Shown here: one piece after another, positions 49,124-61,631 of the stretch
Layout of the letters: the number at the start of each line of letters is the position of its first letter
How positions within the stretch are numbered: the stretch's first letter is position 1
From: Selaginella moellendorffii
Lineage: Eukaryota; Plantae; Lycopodiophyta
Assembly: GCF_000143415.4 (NCBI RefSeq)
Contig: NW_003314294.1
Span: 57,402 to 121,401 of the forward strand
Direction of reading: 5' to 3'
DNA length: 64,000 nucleotides
Program-made: the position numbers and the translations under genes
The notes under the pieces: model-generated
The model's database searches: none
The model's input: only the letters and a program-made list of their open reading frames with translations
Told to the model about the DNA's origin: nothing

Positions 49124-50530
49124 TCAAACTTTGATGTGTAGAAGTTCTTCAACCGGGCATCTGCAAATCGGGCATAAATTTGTTTGGTGTCTCAACACAT
49201 TGGCACAATCGCTACACATACACTGAGAAAAAAAAAAAAAAAAAAAGAATCAAAGTTAGAACCAAAGTAGAACAAACCAATCGAAGAACTTACCATATGC
49301 CTGCACGGCAAGACAGTCGTGTCCTTGGGCTCGGACAAGCAAATCACGCATTCTTTCCCAGAAGAATCGCTGCTGTTGTTGCTCGCTTCACTGCCACCAA
49401 TCCCGAAAATCTCCTGGAGCTCGTAGCGAACGCCATCCACCCAGATGATCTGCTTGACAACTCGAACTTGGAGCTCACCCTCGTCCCCGTCTCTTTCAAT
49501 CTTTCGTATCACGGCATACGTCTGTTGACAGTGGATCCACTTCTTGAGTGCTCCACCCACGGGCTCGGGGGATTCGGCAGCGTCGGGTGGTGGATTCTTT
49601 GGAGTCGTCTCGATCCGGATGATGAGAGGGTAGACGTTGTCCGTGCCGAGCTGCGAGAGATCTTGCTCGTCGATGAGAGAAAAGTCGAGGCCAGCTTCCT
49701 GCTTAAACTTCTGGCCCAGTCCACTCTTGAAGTGGTGCCTGGTAGGCGCTGGAAACATCTTACTGAGAGATGCCACGCTACCATTGGAAGTTTCCTTTGA
49801 CAGGAAGAACACGGTGATACTGTAACAAAAAAAAAAAACGTTAGAAAAACGGAGGAGTTGTCTTGCGAAACTCCAGAAAACAAATACAGGCCACCGACCA
49901 AGAAATCTAATCTAATCAGTAGAGCCAAGATAAGAACTCGCATGAATCCATGAGCCCAGGCAACCAAACCATGAATCCAGGCAAGATAAGAACTCCCAGG
50001 CAAGTTCTAGCTATGCTAGAAGGGAAAAAATTGATGTTTTCATACCTTCCAGAAGTGGTGGCATCGAACGAGAACGCTACGACATGATTGCCAGGCATGG
50101 CCACGTCCCTCTCGAGCCGCAGCGTTCCTTTGTTGAGATTTACCTCGTTCCTGACCGTGTTGGCGGTCTGGTACTCTGGAACGGGCACTGGAGCTGGAGC
50201 TGGAGCTGACGAGCTTGGAACAATGGCAGTAGATCCATTCCAAGGCAGGGGAGTCCGCGGCGCTGGCAGGAAGAGCTGGGGAGGAGGAGCGGGAAGCCTT
50301 GGCGGAGGAGGCGGTGGCGCTGGAGTCCCGTAATATCCTTGCTGCTGCTGGAAGAAATAGCTCCCGGGGCGAGGAGGACGATAGTAGTATGGTGAGACCA
50401 TATGGGGGCAAGGAGCGATCTCGGTGTGATAGCCGGGCGGAGGAGGAGGGAGCGGGGGATAGATCGGACCTGGCGGATGCTGCTGGTGGTGGTGGTGGCG
50501 TCGTCTTCTTCTGCTGCTACTGTTGCCCAT
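49124..50530 (-). CDS. RING E3 ligase LOG2/LUL (MGRN1-like)
   Basis: Myristoylation-type MGNSSSR start, Pro-rich region, [17 protein letters not shown] and [27 protein letters not shown]...CPICR. Confidence 0.93.
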
Positions 50531-51399
50531 GAATTTGGATCCCTGGCTCCGGATTGAAAGCGCGTTCTTCCTAAGAACCCTAGCCAATAAGAAATCAAAA
50601 CTGAGCATATACAAAACGAATATACTTAAGCATACTCACCAGAATATGCTTTAGAAGGGCCAACTGCCTCCCAAGATTAGTGTTGAGTAGTTCACCAGGT
50701 TGTGCTAGAAAATGGGCTCTTCCATTGCTTCATACACAGCTGACCAAAGTATACCATAAATATTTTTGTACGGGGTTTCCAATGCTTGTCCATTTGGAGG
50801 GTGTTATTTCTTTTTCTCCAGTGAGTTTAAGGTGTTCAGCCACAACATCAAGCATGACACCATCTTCTAGGATTTCTAAAGTCTCTAAAAAAATATTCCA
50901 AGAATTGTTTTTGCATATATGCCATTTGGAAGGCATGCAAAATATTCTTTCATTTATATATTAGATACATGGTCCCACAGTGCCCACTATGAACATGAGA
51001 TCAAGAGATTTAAAAGTGTCATTTTGAAGAAGATAATAATTATAATACTCCCATCAATGGTGTCTATGTTTTCTTATTCTTGATTAATGCCTCTATTGGA
51101 ACATAGTCATCACCATGACTTATAAAGGGAGTACATAAGTATTATATCCCTTTGATTAATACATATGTGTGTCTTAAACATATAAACATCTTAAGGTTAA
51201 ACACTTTGGGGTTTGAAAAATAATTGTATATTCTTGGTATTAAAAAAGTAAAGGTAGAAGAAATATTTTTTTAAGCCAATGTTGTAAGTGGTGAGGAGAT
51301 TGTGAAGGGGCTATTAAAACAAGGGATACTAATTTGTAAATGATGGGAAAGTCTAGTGAATTTGAGGGATTAAAACTTCTTTTATCTCATAAAAATGAT

Positions 51400-53518
51400 T
51401 TTAGATATTTTTTAATTGTTGTTAAAAAGAAAAAAAGTTTTTAAGTTAGCCATTGGAAAGGAGTGGCCACTATTAAAGCAGAAATAAAGTAATATTTAAG
51501 AAGTGGTCCCCAAAGCAAAAAAATAAAATATGAAAAGTGTAGAGGATTTCAAAGATGTTGATGACACCACAAGGATGATCTTGATTAAGAGAGTCAAATA
51601 TGAAAACATTTTAAAAGTAAAAAATGCCACAACTTCAGCTGAGGTATAACGAATGTTTCATTTAATTTATTATGAGTAGTTATTGGCATCGAAAATAAAC
51701 ATATTTTGGCAAATAATAAATTATAAAAAGTAATGGAAAAAGCTTCAAAGTATAAAGTCTAACTTTGCAAATGTTATAAGGGCATTTTCTTTTTCAGGGT
51801 TGCTTTAATCCAAACAACAACTATTTAGGATTACAAATCCAACATTATAAAAATTTCATTGACATTTATGAGGGTAGAGATTTTGGAAAATTCACAAGAA
51901 AGAAGAACTTTTTAGAAAAGTTTATAACAATTGCAGCTCAATCATTAGAAAAAGGGTCTTTCAAGCTATTAAAGGTGTTACACTCAAATAAGTAGGTAAA
52001 AAAAAGGTTAGATAATTGTTCCCTGCTTTAAGTACCCGCACTCAGGCACGATATATAATAAGTATTATAGATTTTCTTTAGGAACTTTTCGGTTGCAACT
52101 TAAATCCATGTGTGTTTTGTGTCTAAATCTAATATTGGTTTAAAACGAATAAAAAAGAAAATGCACTAGATGAGCAACTTTTGGATTAAATGTATAATAG
52201 CAAATAAGGTTTTCTTACAAAAAATAACATATAGAAATTTTCCAGTAGATGTAAGCATAGCTAATGGTGAGTCTTTACGTATTGTTGTTTATGAATTTGT
52301 CTAATGGAGTTAAGAGGTGTTTTGTTTATACCTAGCTTAATTTAAAATTTGATATAAATTTCTCAACTTATAAGTCAAAGTGTTTATTCTTGTTTTCACT
52401 GCAATAGTGTTGATTTCAAGTACCTAAGATTTACAATTACTAAAAAAGGACTTTACTATCTCTCTTCACAACTTTAAATATTAGTAAATATAATAAATAT
52501 GATTGATGCTTCTATTTTGCATCTATGGCATGCTTGCTTTACACATGCTAAATGGTATTAAGTTAAGGAAGTCAATTCTTTAATATATAAAGTTCCCTCC
52601 CTCAATAGAGTGATAATGGACAATTATGAAGCATGTATATAGGGTAAAATGAAGAAAAAATCACTCTTCTAAAATGCCAAGACTCAAGGTAATTTAATTC
52701 TAAATTTAGTTTATATCTTCACTAAGTAAATCCTGAATGAAACTTGTTATTATTTTCTAATTACTAATGATTTTTATTGTTTCTCAGCCATGATTTTCCT
52801 AAATTAAAAGATCAATAAATTTCATAATTAGATTAAGTATGTGGAGCACAAGTTTGCTTGCACCTTACATACTTTCTGAGTGGATAGAGTATATAAATTA
52901 ATCTTTAAAAAATTCCAACTCATCTTGCATTAAGATGGTTTTCATACTTTTGGTTTTTGCAATTATTATTTAGTTGTAGAGTAGAAAAGAATGATTTTTT
53001 AAATGGAGAATTGGAGCAATTAATATACATTCAATAATCTCATACTTTTGAAATGGAAGGCAAAGAGACTTATATGTTTAAGTTAAAATAATCCATCTAT
53101 GGTTTTAAACAATCCTTGTAGTATACTATTTTAAATAGCTTTTTTCTAATGTTGAGTTTCTACACATTAGAACATTTATGTTTTTCACAAAAACATTTTG
53201 GTTAGAGTATACATTGATGATTTAATTATGATAGAAAAAACATTCTCTCTATATTGGCTTAAGGAATAACTTGTGAAATAGTTGAAAATGAAAGATCTTG
53301 GTAAGTTTTGCTTAGATTCTTGTAATAAAAAAGTATGAACACTTTCAATCCATTAGTGAAAGTATATTAAAACGTTTTTAAGTGAATATTAGCAATTTTC
53401 ACTCAATCATATGCTCATATTCCATCATTGCAAATTCATAAATTTTCTCAAGACGATGAATCTTGTACTAAAGGGGAGAAAAATAAATGCAAATTCTTTC
53501 ATATCAAAATATTATAGA
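51400..53518 (+). mobile_element. highly decayed Ty1/copia relic
   Basis: Residual motifs: LHLWHA (52518), EACI*GKM (52628), FLNGELE (52997), LK*SIYGFKQS (53083), YIDDL (53209) and MKDLG (53288). Confidence 0.7.
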
Positions 53519-54546
53519 TGCAGCGCACCTTATTTCTCTCCCCTTAAGCCAACTGGAAAAGGGGCAATTGCTTGATAAAAGAGCCTTTAGTGGCTATTTT
53601 ATCCCCATTTATCCCCCAAGGTTCCAAGGATCCACAGTGACAGTATATCCACACTCACCCCCCTCTCAGAGATGTCAATATCTTCATTGATTATTGACTA
53701 GCAACCCCTACTGAGCCAAGGGGAATCAACACCTCCATTTCCGCATTAAATCTACCAAACCTTCTATTGTATAGACTAGCTATTTCATGTGAGGCAATTA
53801 GTCAGTCATTAGGGGAATCAACACCTCCATTTCCACATTAAATCTACCAAACCTTTTATTGTATAAATTAGCTATTTCATGTGAGGCAATTAGTCAGTCA
53901 TCCAACCAAAGGGAACCAACACCTCCATTTCCACACTAAATCTACCAATCCTTCCATTATATAGACTAGTTATTCCATGATCTACCAAACTTTCTATTGT
54001 ATAGACTAGCTATTTCATGTGAGGCAATTAGTCATCCAACCAAGGGGAACCAACACCTCCATTTCTGCACTAAATCTACCAATCCTTCCAACACCTCCAT
54101 TTCTGCTCTAAATCTACCAATCCTTCCATTGTATAGACTAGTTGAGAAAGGACGTACACATGGATGCCTAATACATACGATTTTAAATTTAGAGGCGATT
54201 TTAAATTTAGGGGTAGGAACTACCAATCCTTCCATTGTATAGACTAGTTGAGAAAGGACGTACACATGGATGCCTAATACATACGATTTTAAATTTAGAG
54301 GCGATTTTAAATTTAGGGGTAGGAATATATCTTGCTCAAGGGTATATTATATTTTTTAAGTAGCCACTAATCAGTGGGAATCGAACCCGTGCCATTTGCC
54401 CTGATACTAACTATAACACACCTTATTTTTCTCCCTTTAAACCAACTGGAAAAAAGGGCAATTGCTTGATGAGAGAGCCCTTAGTGGCTATTTTATCCCC
54501 ATTTATCCTTTAAGGTTTTAAGGATCCACGGTGACAGTATATTCAA
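53519..54546 (-). mobile_element. TRIM-like non-autonomous LTR element
   Basis: Direct repeats of about 135 bp at 53519-53654 and 54412-54546. On the minus strand a PBS-like tagtatcagggc follows the 5' LTR (54398-54409) and a PPT gagaggggggtgag precedes the 3' LTR (53655-53667). No coding capacity. Confidence 0.75.
53720..54326. repeat. internal tandem arrays of the TRIM (about 90-bp units x4-5 and an approximately 106-bp exact duplication)
   Basis: aacacctccatttc..attaaatctacca...gtatagactag is repeated; 54114-54219 is duplicated at 54220-54326. Confidence 0.85.
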
Positions 54547-54593
54547 ATCTCACTACAATAGGAGTGATAATATCTTTAGTAGCAATACATTGT

Positions 54594-54880
54594 ATGCTTT
54601 ATTTCGTTAAAGTGGAACTTATTCAGTAAAGTGGGACATTAATTAGCATGTGTCCACATGCTATTTCCTAGTACTTAATTAATATTTATTAATATTTCTA
54701 TCAGTTTTTTAATTTATTTTTTATATTTCACAATATTATAACACAAAATCATATGAAAAGTTTTTAATTTATAAATTATAAAGGTAAGACTTCAATTTTT
54801 TATTGTTGTTATAAAAATGGCATGTGGCCACACACCATAAGTGGGATAATGAAAAGTTCCACTTTAACAAAATAAAGCAT
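54594..54880. mobile_element. MITE-like element with terminal inverted repeats of about 30 bp
   Basis: atgctttatttcgttaaagtggaactt ... aagttccactttaacaaaataaagcat; AT-rich interior; no clean TSD. Confidence 0.6.
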
Positions 54881-55518
54881 TTGTTTAAATATTGCAAAAA
54901 CTATATCAAAGGTATATCAATTTATGTAAGATTTAAAAAATCAACATTAATATATTCAATTATATTGAACAAATATCCACTCTCAACTTAAAGTTTCAAT
55001 GCACAAAGATTGAAGATATTAGTATGGATTCTTAAAAGTGATATAGGATGGTGGATGTGGATTTAATAAGGGACTTTAACAATCAAAAATCAATAATAAA
55101 GTACATTTTCATGTAGTTAAAAATAAAGAAAAGTTGCACTTTCCACCTATTAAATTGAGTATAGTGTTGTGACTAAAATATTTAAGGAATAATTGTGAAT
55201 GTGAAGATTTTACTAAGACAACAATTTTGAGATTCATAGAACACATGGAATGCAATCCTCAACCCTATTTATCAACATACACTTCAAAATATTTTTCTAT
55301 TTTATATGTGAAAGGATCTAAATGAAAGAAATTCAGTTGCTCACATATCCATAACTAACTTGATAGTAAATTTACTGACAAAGACATCCTTGCTAGTGGC
55401 TCAATTTGAATATTTATAAATCAAACTTAGGTTTAAAGGTTGAGGTTAAGTTAAGTTATGGCATATTCACTAATGTAATTTATGAAGGTAAGAAGTATGT
55501 AAGTATTGTATCCTTTTG

Positions 55519-55521
<3 letters not shown>

Positions 55522-55558
<37 letters not shown>
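55522..55558. repeat. (TA)n microsatellite
   Basis: TA run. Confidence 0.95.
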
Positions 55559-55561
<3 letters not shown>

Positions 55562-57302
55562 TGCCTATATATTTTGTCTCAACAACCCCTACTTCATACA
55601 ATGTTGTGGAGGGTGATGGTGTCTTAGTTGATGAGAGTCATGTAAAGAGTTGGAGTAGCAATAACGGTAGTGGCATGAAATTTTGTTATGGTCATTTGGC
55701 ATAATTGCCACTTTGAATCATTCTATAGGTGATTGATCGAAATGTAAGTTGTGATAAGGTGTTATGGCAATAGTGTGGTGGTGTCATAAAAGTTTGAATT
55801 TAGTAGTGTCATGTGGTTGGTTGGAGCTGTGAGTAAAGAGTCATTAGTGGTCATTATGAAAGGTTGCAATGGGGATGTAGCTATAAATTGAAATTATGGA
55901 GTTGTTGGTTGAAAGCTATGGTATCATATGTTTCTCTAAATTGTAGTTAAGCTTGAAAACATATTGTATCATTTGCTTAGCATGGGGCACAAAACTAAGT
56001 TTGACATGAAATGGTCAAAGATGCTTTACAAGACTAGCCAATTGTTTATGACTATTAAGTTATGGTAAATGTAAGCTAGGTTGTTTTCCCACTCATAATC
56101 ATTTTATTCTACAGGATTTAGGATGATTAGTTAGGCATTACCATATTGTGTATAGGCTTGGGAGGTGAGTGTGTTGTGTTGTCTATAAACTATATATTTA
56201 AGTGGAGGATCACCCATGGGGAGCTTTGCTATATTGTTAACAAGCCAATAGTTGTAAAATAGAGTTGGGAGTTAATATAATGCATGTATAAATGGCTAGT
56301 TTAGGAATATAAGTTTAGCTAGTATTTTTTATTTTTATTATTAAAATTTAACACCATTTCAATTTTTAATTTTAAGTTATATTGAATTAAATAGTCCTTT
56401 TAAAACTCACAACTATTAAGAGTATTTACTTAAAAAAATGCCACTAGAGTATGACTATTAAGGAAATGGCCACTAAATAAAGCTTCATGAGTTAGAAAAA
56501 TATTTGATTAAATTTATATTTAGTTTTAAAGTTCATTCATGCTAATTATTAAAAATTGAATAAATTATTTTTGAAGTATTTTCAACTTGAACAAGAACCT
56601 TCATTCTCTTTACTTACCATAATAATATAACTTATTGACAATGATTTATGCTTTATTATGCTATTGATTTTAAGGTTATTCATTCAAAAATCATACACAC
56701 TATTGACATGAACTATTTTATATTTTATTTTTTTTTACAAATTTTACATTTCAGAATAGTGTTTTTATACTAACATTATTATGTTGTTTAATTCTTACTT
56801 ATGCAATGCAATTTAATTTGTCTTCAATGCCTTATAAAGTGGAAAGGGTTTGAAACATAAAGAGTTTTAAGCAAAAATGTTCTCAAGATATTTTCTAATA
56901 TTGCAATTTGCATATTTGTGTTCACTTAGAATTTGCAATTCAAGCAACACTTGTTAGTTAGAGGCTTGAAACAATATATCTACTAAGGCTTGCTACCCTT
57001 AGCAGTGCCTATAGATTTGGCAGTGGGTGGCAGTAGAGTGTTCCTGCTATTGATCAAAGTACCAATTTGCTAGAGCTGTTGAAGCTCAATCTGTGTTGCT
57101 GCTTGCCCTGATGGATGAGAACCAGTACAGTTCACGCAGCACTCATGGACGTTTATAAGATATAAATTGAGCACATTCCAACAAGACGTGGTTTATGCTA
57201 AAGTATTTTCCGTCCATTAAATGGGTTCTACAGCATATTCTGGTAGTCCTTAGTTCTTATTCAACTTTCTTCCTAAACGGGCTCTAGTGATCATCGTTGG
57301 AT

Positions 57303-57651
57303 CTATGGGCCGCCACCGGACGCTGTCCTAATGATCTGTAGCAACGCTGCGCAGAGCAGACAAATCGGAGTCAGGATCTACACTCTAGAACCGCAAAATC
57401 GATAGATCGACAAGCAATCAACGGATTACCTGAGCCGATGACCACGAAAATGAAGAACCCTAGAACAATTGGGCCAACTGGGTACGCGTTGCCCTTTTTG
57501 ATGCTCGATTCGGGCACCGCGCCCCGCTTGAAGATGTTCTTCTGGAATTTCTGGATCTTCTTGTCGGCCAGTCGCTTGGATGTCGTCTGCAAAGCCCAGG
57601 AACCCAAGATTTAGTCGAAGAGAAGAGAGAGGAAGAGGAAGAGCTCACCAT
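57303..57651 (-). CDS. RAMP4/SERP1 ER membrane protein
   Basis: ATG micro-exon plus two exons: MTTSKRLADKKIQKFQKNIFKRGAVPE...YPVGPIVLGFFIFVVIGSALLQIIR...*. Confidence 0.92.
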
Positions 57652-57740
57652 TCTCTTGCCAAATTGGCTCCGCGACTTCCCCCAAACACCCAAAACCTAA
57701 ATCTGCGAAAGAGAAAAATGTCAAAGAAAAAGGATTCCCA

Positions 57741-57848
57741 CGCGGACTCTGACCTGGCACAAGACGCGGCGATGACTCGGCAGGAATGCTGACGCGGACC
57801 TGACCTGGCCCACGACGCGGCGATGACTCGGCAGGGATGCTGACGTGG
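57741..57848. repeat. tandem duplication of about 51 bp in the RAMP4/PPR divergent promoter
   Basis: gacctggc.c..gacgcggcgatgactcggcagg.atgctgacg occurs twice. Confidence 0.85.
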
Positions 57849-57862
57849 TCTTCTTCTTCTCC

Positions 57863-59500
57863 ATGGTCGTAGCGCGCGCCCCAAATCTCGGTGGAATCGA
57901 GAGCCCGGACGAGAAGTTTGCCCCGGCACACTATGCCAAGCTTATCAAATCGTGCGCTATCTCCAGGGATCTGCTCGAGGCACGGCGGATCCACTCGCTG
58001 GTAATCCACAGCGCGCATCGCAACGATCGCTTCCTGAAAAACCTCCTGATTGAAATGTACGGCAAGTGCCACAGCATCGAGGACGCCCGGATTGTCCTGG
58101 ATCAAATTCACGAGCCCAATTGCTACACCTGGAATATCGCTCTCGTGGCATTTGCCGAGAACGGGCATCTGGAGAAAGCGCGGAAGATCTTCGAGGGGAT
58201 TCCACAACCCAACAGCGTGGCCTGGAACTCTATCATCACCGCCTACGCCAAACATGAGAATCTCCAGGAAGCGAGAAGGTTCTTTGAGAAGATGCCAGAT
58301 CCCAACGTGGTGACGTGGACGGCAATGATAACAGCATATGCTCAGCAGCGGCATCTTGGCGAGGCGAGAGATCTCTTTGACCGGATGCCGGTCAAGGACG
58401 TGGTGGCGTGGACCAGCATGTTGACCGCATATGCCGAAAACGGGGATCTGGAGCAATCAACGAATCTGTTCGAAAAGATGCCCCAGAAAGATATCGTTGC
58501 TTGGAATGCAATGCTCGCGGCGTATTACCGGCTAGGTCATTTGTATCAAGCAAAAGAACTTTTTGATACCATGCCTCGAAAAGATTCTGCGTCCTGGAAT
58601 CTTATGATACTAGCATATGCCGAAGTTGGGAATATTGCCGAAGCACAAAAACTTCTTGAACTAAATCCTTGTCGTGATGTCACGGCTTTTACTATCTTGA
58701 TCACTGCTTTTTCCCAGCACAAGAAAGTAGAGGAAGCTTTTAAATTGTTCAGGGAAATGCCTCGTCGCGACATTGTGGCTTGGAACGCTATGCTAGCGGG
58801 ATATGCCCATAACGGGCATCTTGAGGAGGCAAAATTTATGTTTGACCACATGCCTCAAAGAGATTCGATCTCTTGGACCACCTTGGTAGCAGCATATGCC
58901 TGGAACGGGCATCTTGGAGAAGCTAGAGCTATGTTTGAAAAGATGCCAAACCAAGACTATGTGACAGTGCCAACTTTGATAGTTGCGTATGCACAGCACG
59001 GGCATATTATACAAGCAAAGAATTTGTTCTCAAGAACTTCTCAAGGAGAGGTAATGTCGTGGAATGCAATGCTCACATCCTACATTTTAGGTGGCGAGCT
59101 GCAAAGTGGTCTAGATCTTCTTTTTGATATGGCTGTGGAGGGCCTCGGTCCTGACGAGATCACGTTTCTTTGCATTCTCTCGGGCTGTGGTCACTTGGGA
59201 CTCTTGGAAGAATGTAGAAAGCACTTCAAGAGGATGAGATCCGAGTATAACTTAGCTCCAGGGATCGAGCACTTTGTGTGCCTCGTTGATATTCTCGGTC
59301 GATGCGGCCAGCTCGCAAAGGCCGAGGAGCTCATCAAGACGATGCCTTTCGTTCCAAATCGTGTTTCGTGGTCGACTTTTCTGAACGCTTGCAAGATCCA
59401 GAAAAGCTCGAATCATTCCGCAGTGGAAGTCGTGAAGACGAGCCCCGATAAAAAAGACGCTGCCCCGTTTGTGATGCTCTCAAATCTCGTCACTCCTTGA
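57863..59500 (+). CDS. PLS/SS-type PPR protein with E domain
   Basis: 31-aa repeats and HFVCLVDILGRCG...W.TFL.AC; intronless. Confidence 0.93.
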   Translation: MVVARAPNLGGIESPDEKFAPAHYAKLIKSCAISRDLLEARRIHSLVIHSAHRNDRFLKNLLIEMYGKCHSIEDARIVLDQIHEPNCYTWNIALVAFAENGHLEKARKIFEGIPQPNSVAWNSIITAYAKHENLQEARRFFEKMPDPNVVTWTAMITAYAQQRHLGEARDLFDRMPVKDVVAWTSMLTAYAENGDLEQSTNLFEKMPQKDIVAWNAMLAAYYRLGHLYQAKELFDTMPRKDSASWNLMILAYAEVGNIAEAQKLLELNPCRDVTAFTILITAFSQHKKVEEAFKLFREMPRRDIVAWNAMLAGYAHNGHLEEAKFMFDHMPQRDSISWTTLVAAYAWNGHLGEARAMFEKMPNQDYVTVPTLIVAYAQHGHIIQAKNLFSRTSQGEVMSWNAMLTSYILGGELQSGLDLLFDMAVEGLGPDEITFLCILSGCGHLGLLEECRKHFKRMRSEYNLAPGIEHFVCLVDILGRCGQLAKAEELIKTMPFVPNRVSWSTFLNACKIQKSSNHSAVEVVKTSPDKKDAAPFVMLSNLVTP

Positions 59501-59559
59501 TCCGGAAGTTCTCGCTCAAACTTTGCTAAGATTTTCATCACTGGACGGACGAATCGTGT

Positions 59560-61593
59560 CTAGTCCACTGCTACGATGTTGGACAGGAGAATGTACGAGG
59601 AAGTATCTTGCGAGTCGAGTGAGTGTAAGCTCTCGGCAGCTCGAGCCCCGCGAGATCTCTCTCCGTGAACTTTGGAGGCCGCGAGGAAACCCGACCAGGC
59701 AACGTTGTCGGGCGACACGGGCATGCTCTCGAGAAGCTCATTGGCTCTTTGGAGCTGGCCGGCCCTCGAGAGGCAGTCAACTATACAGGAGTAGTGTTCC
59801 TTGCCGGGGGACAAGCCATGGTCAAGCACCATCAAACTAAAACAATGATGGCTGTCTTCCATCATTCCTAGGTGGCTCAAACCGGTTAAGATCACAAGGA
59901 ACGCTATGTGACCGGGTTTAAATCCTTCGCACTCCATCACTCTCAGAAACTCGAGTGACTTTAACACTGTGGCTTTGTTTCCTCCAAACGCAAAGGCCGT
60001 GATCACGGCAGTCCAGGAGACGACGTTCTGTAGAGGCATTTCATCAAAGAGTTTGAGCGTGGTCTCGATCTTCGCGTTCTTAGCGTAAGCAGCAAGCATT
60101 GTGTTCCAGGAGGCGGTGTCTCGCTGCGGAAGATCGTCAAAAACTCTCTTGGTTTGATCGATGTGGCTGTTTTGAGCATAAGCTCCAAGAAGTGTGTTCC
60201 AGGAGACGATGTCTTTCGCGGGGGTTAAGCTGTGGAGCTCTTGAGCTTCGCGGAGATGGCCAGCTTCTCCATAAGCTGCTGCTAGAGCGTTCCAGGAAAC
60301 GGTGTCTCGCTCAGGCATCTCATCGAAACATTTTTTAGCTTCTTCTAGCTTGGAGTTTCGAGCGAGGGCGATGATTATCACGTTCCAGCTCGAGAGATCT
60401 CTCCGTGGACTCGACTCAAACATCTCTCGAGCGATCTGGAGGCGTCCATCCCTGGCGAGCACGGAGATCATCAAGTTCCAGATCACGAGATCACATTCTG
60501 GAGTTCCGTCGAAAAGCTCAGTGGCTTTCCTCAAACTTCCAACTTGAGACAATGCCGTGATCATCGTAGTGTAGGAAACTAGTGACCTTTGCGGCATAAT
60601 GTCGAACGTTCTTTGGCACTCTTCAATATGCCCGGCTTCGGCATATGCAAAAAGCTGGATATTCCAAGACATTAGATTTCTTTCTGGAATTTCCAGGAAT
60701 ATCATTTTCGTTTCAAATGCATGTCCAGCTTGGGCATAGGCCGACATTATAATATTCCAGGAAAGAATATTCCTCAAGGGCATAGTGTTAAAAAGCATTC
60801 TAGCGTCGCCAAGATACCCTTTTTCGGCATATGCTGTTATCAAGGCATTCCAAGTAGAAACATCTCGATCTTCCATTAAATGGAAAAGATTCTTTGCCGC
60901 GTCAAGGTTTCCATGCTGCGCACACGCTGTTATCATGGCATTACAGGATATTACATCCTTCTCGGGCATTTGATCGAAAAGATCCTTTGCCTGGTCAAGA
61001 TACCCTCTTTTGGCATATGCTGAGATCATAGCCGTGGTTGAAATTATGGTCTTTCTCGGCATTCGATCAAAAAGACGCTTTGCATCCTCAACTCTATCGT
61101 AGATAATGTAGCAATTTATGAGAATATTCCAAGAGATATCGCTGTCCTTGGGAGATTCCTGGAAGATTTCCACCGCCTCCTGAAGATGCCCACCCTGGGC
61201 ATATGCCGCGAGCATCGAGTTCCAGGCCACATCGTTCTTCGCGGGCATCGCGTCGAATATTCGCTTGGCGCCATGGAGCTCGCCGTTTAGGGCGTAGGCG
61301 TTGAGGAGGATGCTCCACGAGTAGATGTTGGGATCAACGATGCGATCGAAGACAATGCGCGCCTCCGCGACGCTGCCGAGCTTGCCATACATCTCCACCA
61401 GCAGATTGGCCAGGTATCGGCTATGGCGCTCCGGCGATCGCTGGATTTGCTCGTGGATCGCCCGCGCCTCCGCCAGATTGCGCGTGTTCCCGCACCGCCG
61501 GATGGATTGCGCTAGCATCTCGACCGGATCGAGGTAATCTCGCCGGGGAATTGGTGCATTGCGGTGCCCGGATTGAGCTGATGCTTGCAGCAT
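59560..61593 (-). CDS. PLS/SS-type PPR protein with E domain
   Basis: 677-aa ORF, 31-aa repeats, [13 protein letters not shown]...YILLSN. Confidence 0.93.
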   Translation of the reverse strand: MLQASAQSGHRNAPIPRRDYLDPVEMLAQSIRRCGNTRNLAEARAIHEQIQRSPERHSRYLANLLVEMYGKLGSVAEARIVFDRIVDPNIYSWSILLNAYALNGELHGAKRIFDAMPAKNDVAWNSMLAAYAQGGHLQEAVEIFQESPKDSDISWNILINCYIIYDRVEDAKRLFDRMPRKTIISTTAMISAYAKRGYLDQAKDLFDQMPEKDVISCNAMITACAQHGNLDAAKNLFHLMEDRDVSTWNALITAYAEKGYLGDARMLFNTMPLRNILSWNIIMSAYAQAGHAFETKMIFLEIPERNLMSWNIQLFAYAEAGHIEECQRTFDIMPQRSLVSYTTMITALSQVGSLRKATELFDGTPECDLVIWNLMISVLARDGRLQIAREMFESSPRRDLSSWNVIIIALARNSKLEEAKKCFDEMPERDTVSWNALAAAYGEAGHLREAQELHSLTPAKDIVSWNTLLGAYAQNSHIDQTKRVFDDLPQRDTASWNTMLAAYAKNAKIETTLKLFDEMPLQNVVSWTAVITAFAFGGNKATVLKSLEFLRVMECEGFKPGHIAFLVILTGLSHLGMMEDSHHCFSLMVLDHGLSPGKEHYSCIVDCLSRAGQLQRANELLESMPVSPDNVAWSGFLAASKVHGERSRGARAAESLHSLDSQDTSSYILLSNIVAVD

Positions 61594-61631
61594 TTTTCAT
61601 CCCTCCCAAGAACCCTAATTAGGGCTTTAGC

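Noticed and set aside
53720-54326. CRISPR-like array
   Set aside because: Eukaryotic context; the units are long tandem copies with no unique spacers and lie inside a TRIM.
54360-54410. tRNA gene
   Set aside because: Only a T-loop/B-box motif is present; no cloverleaf or anticodon arm is evident.
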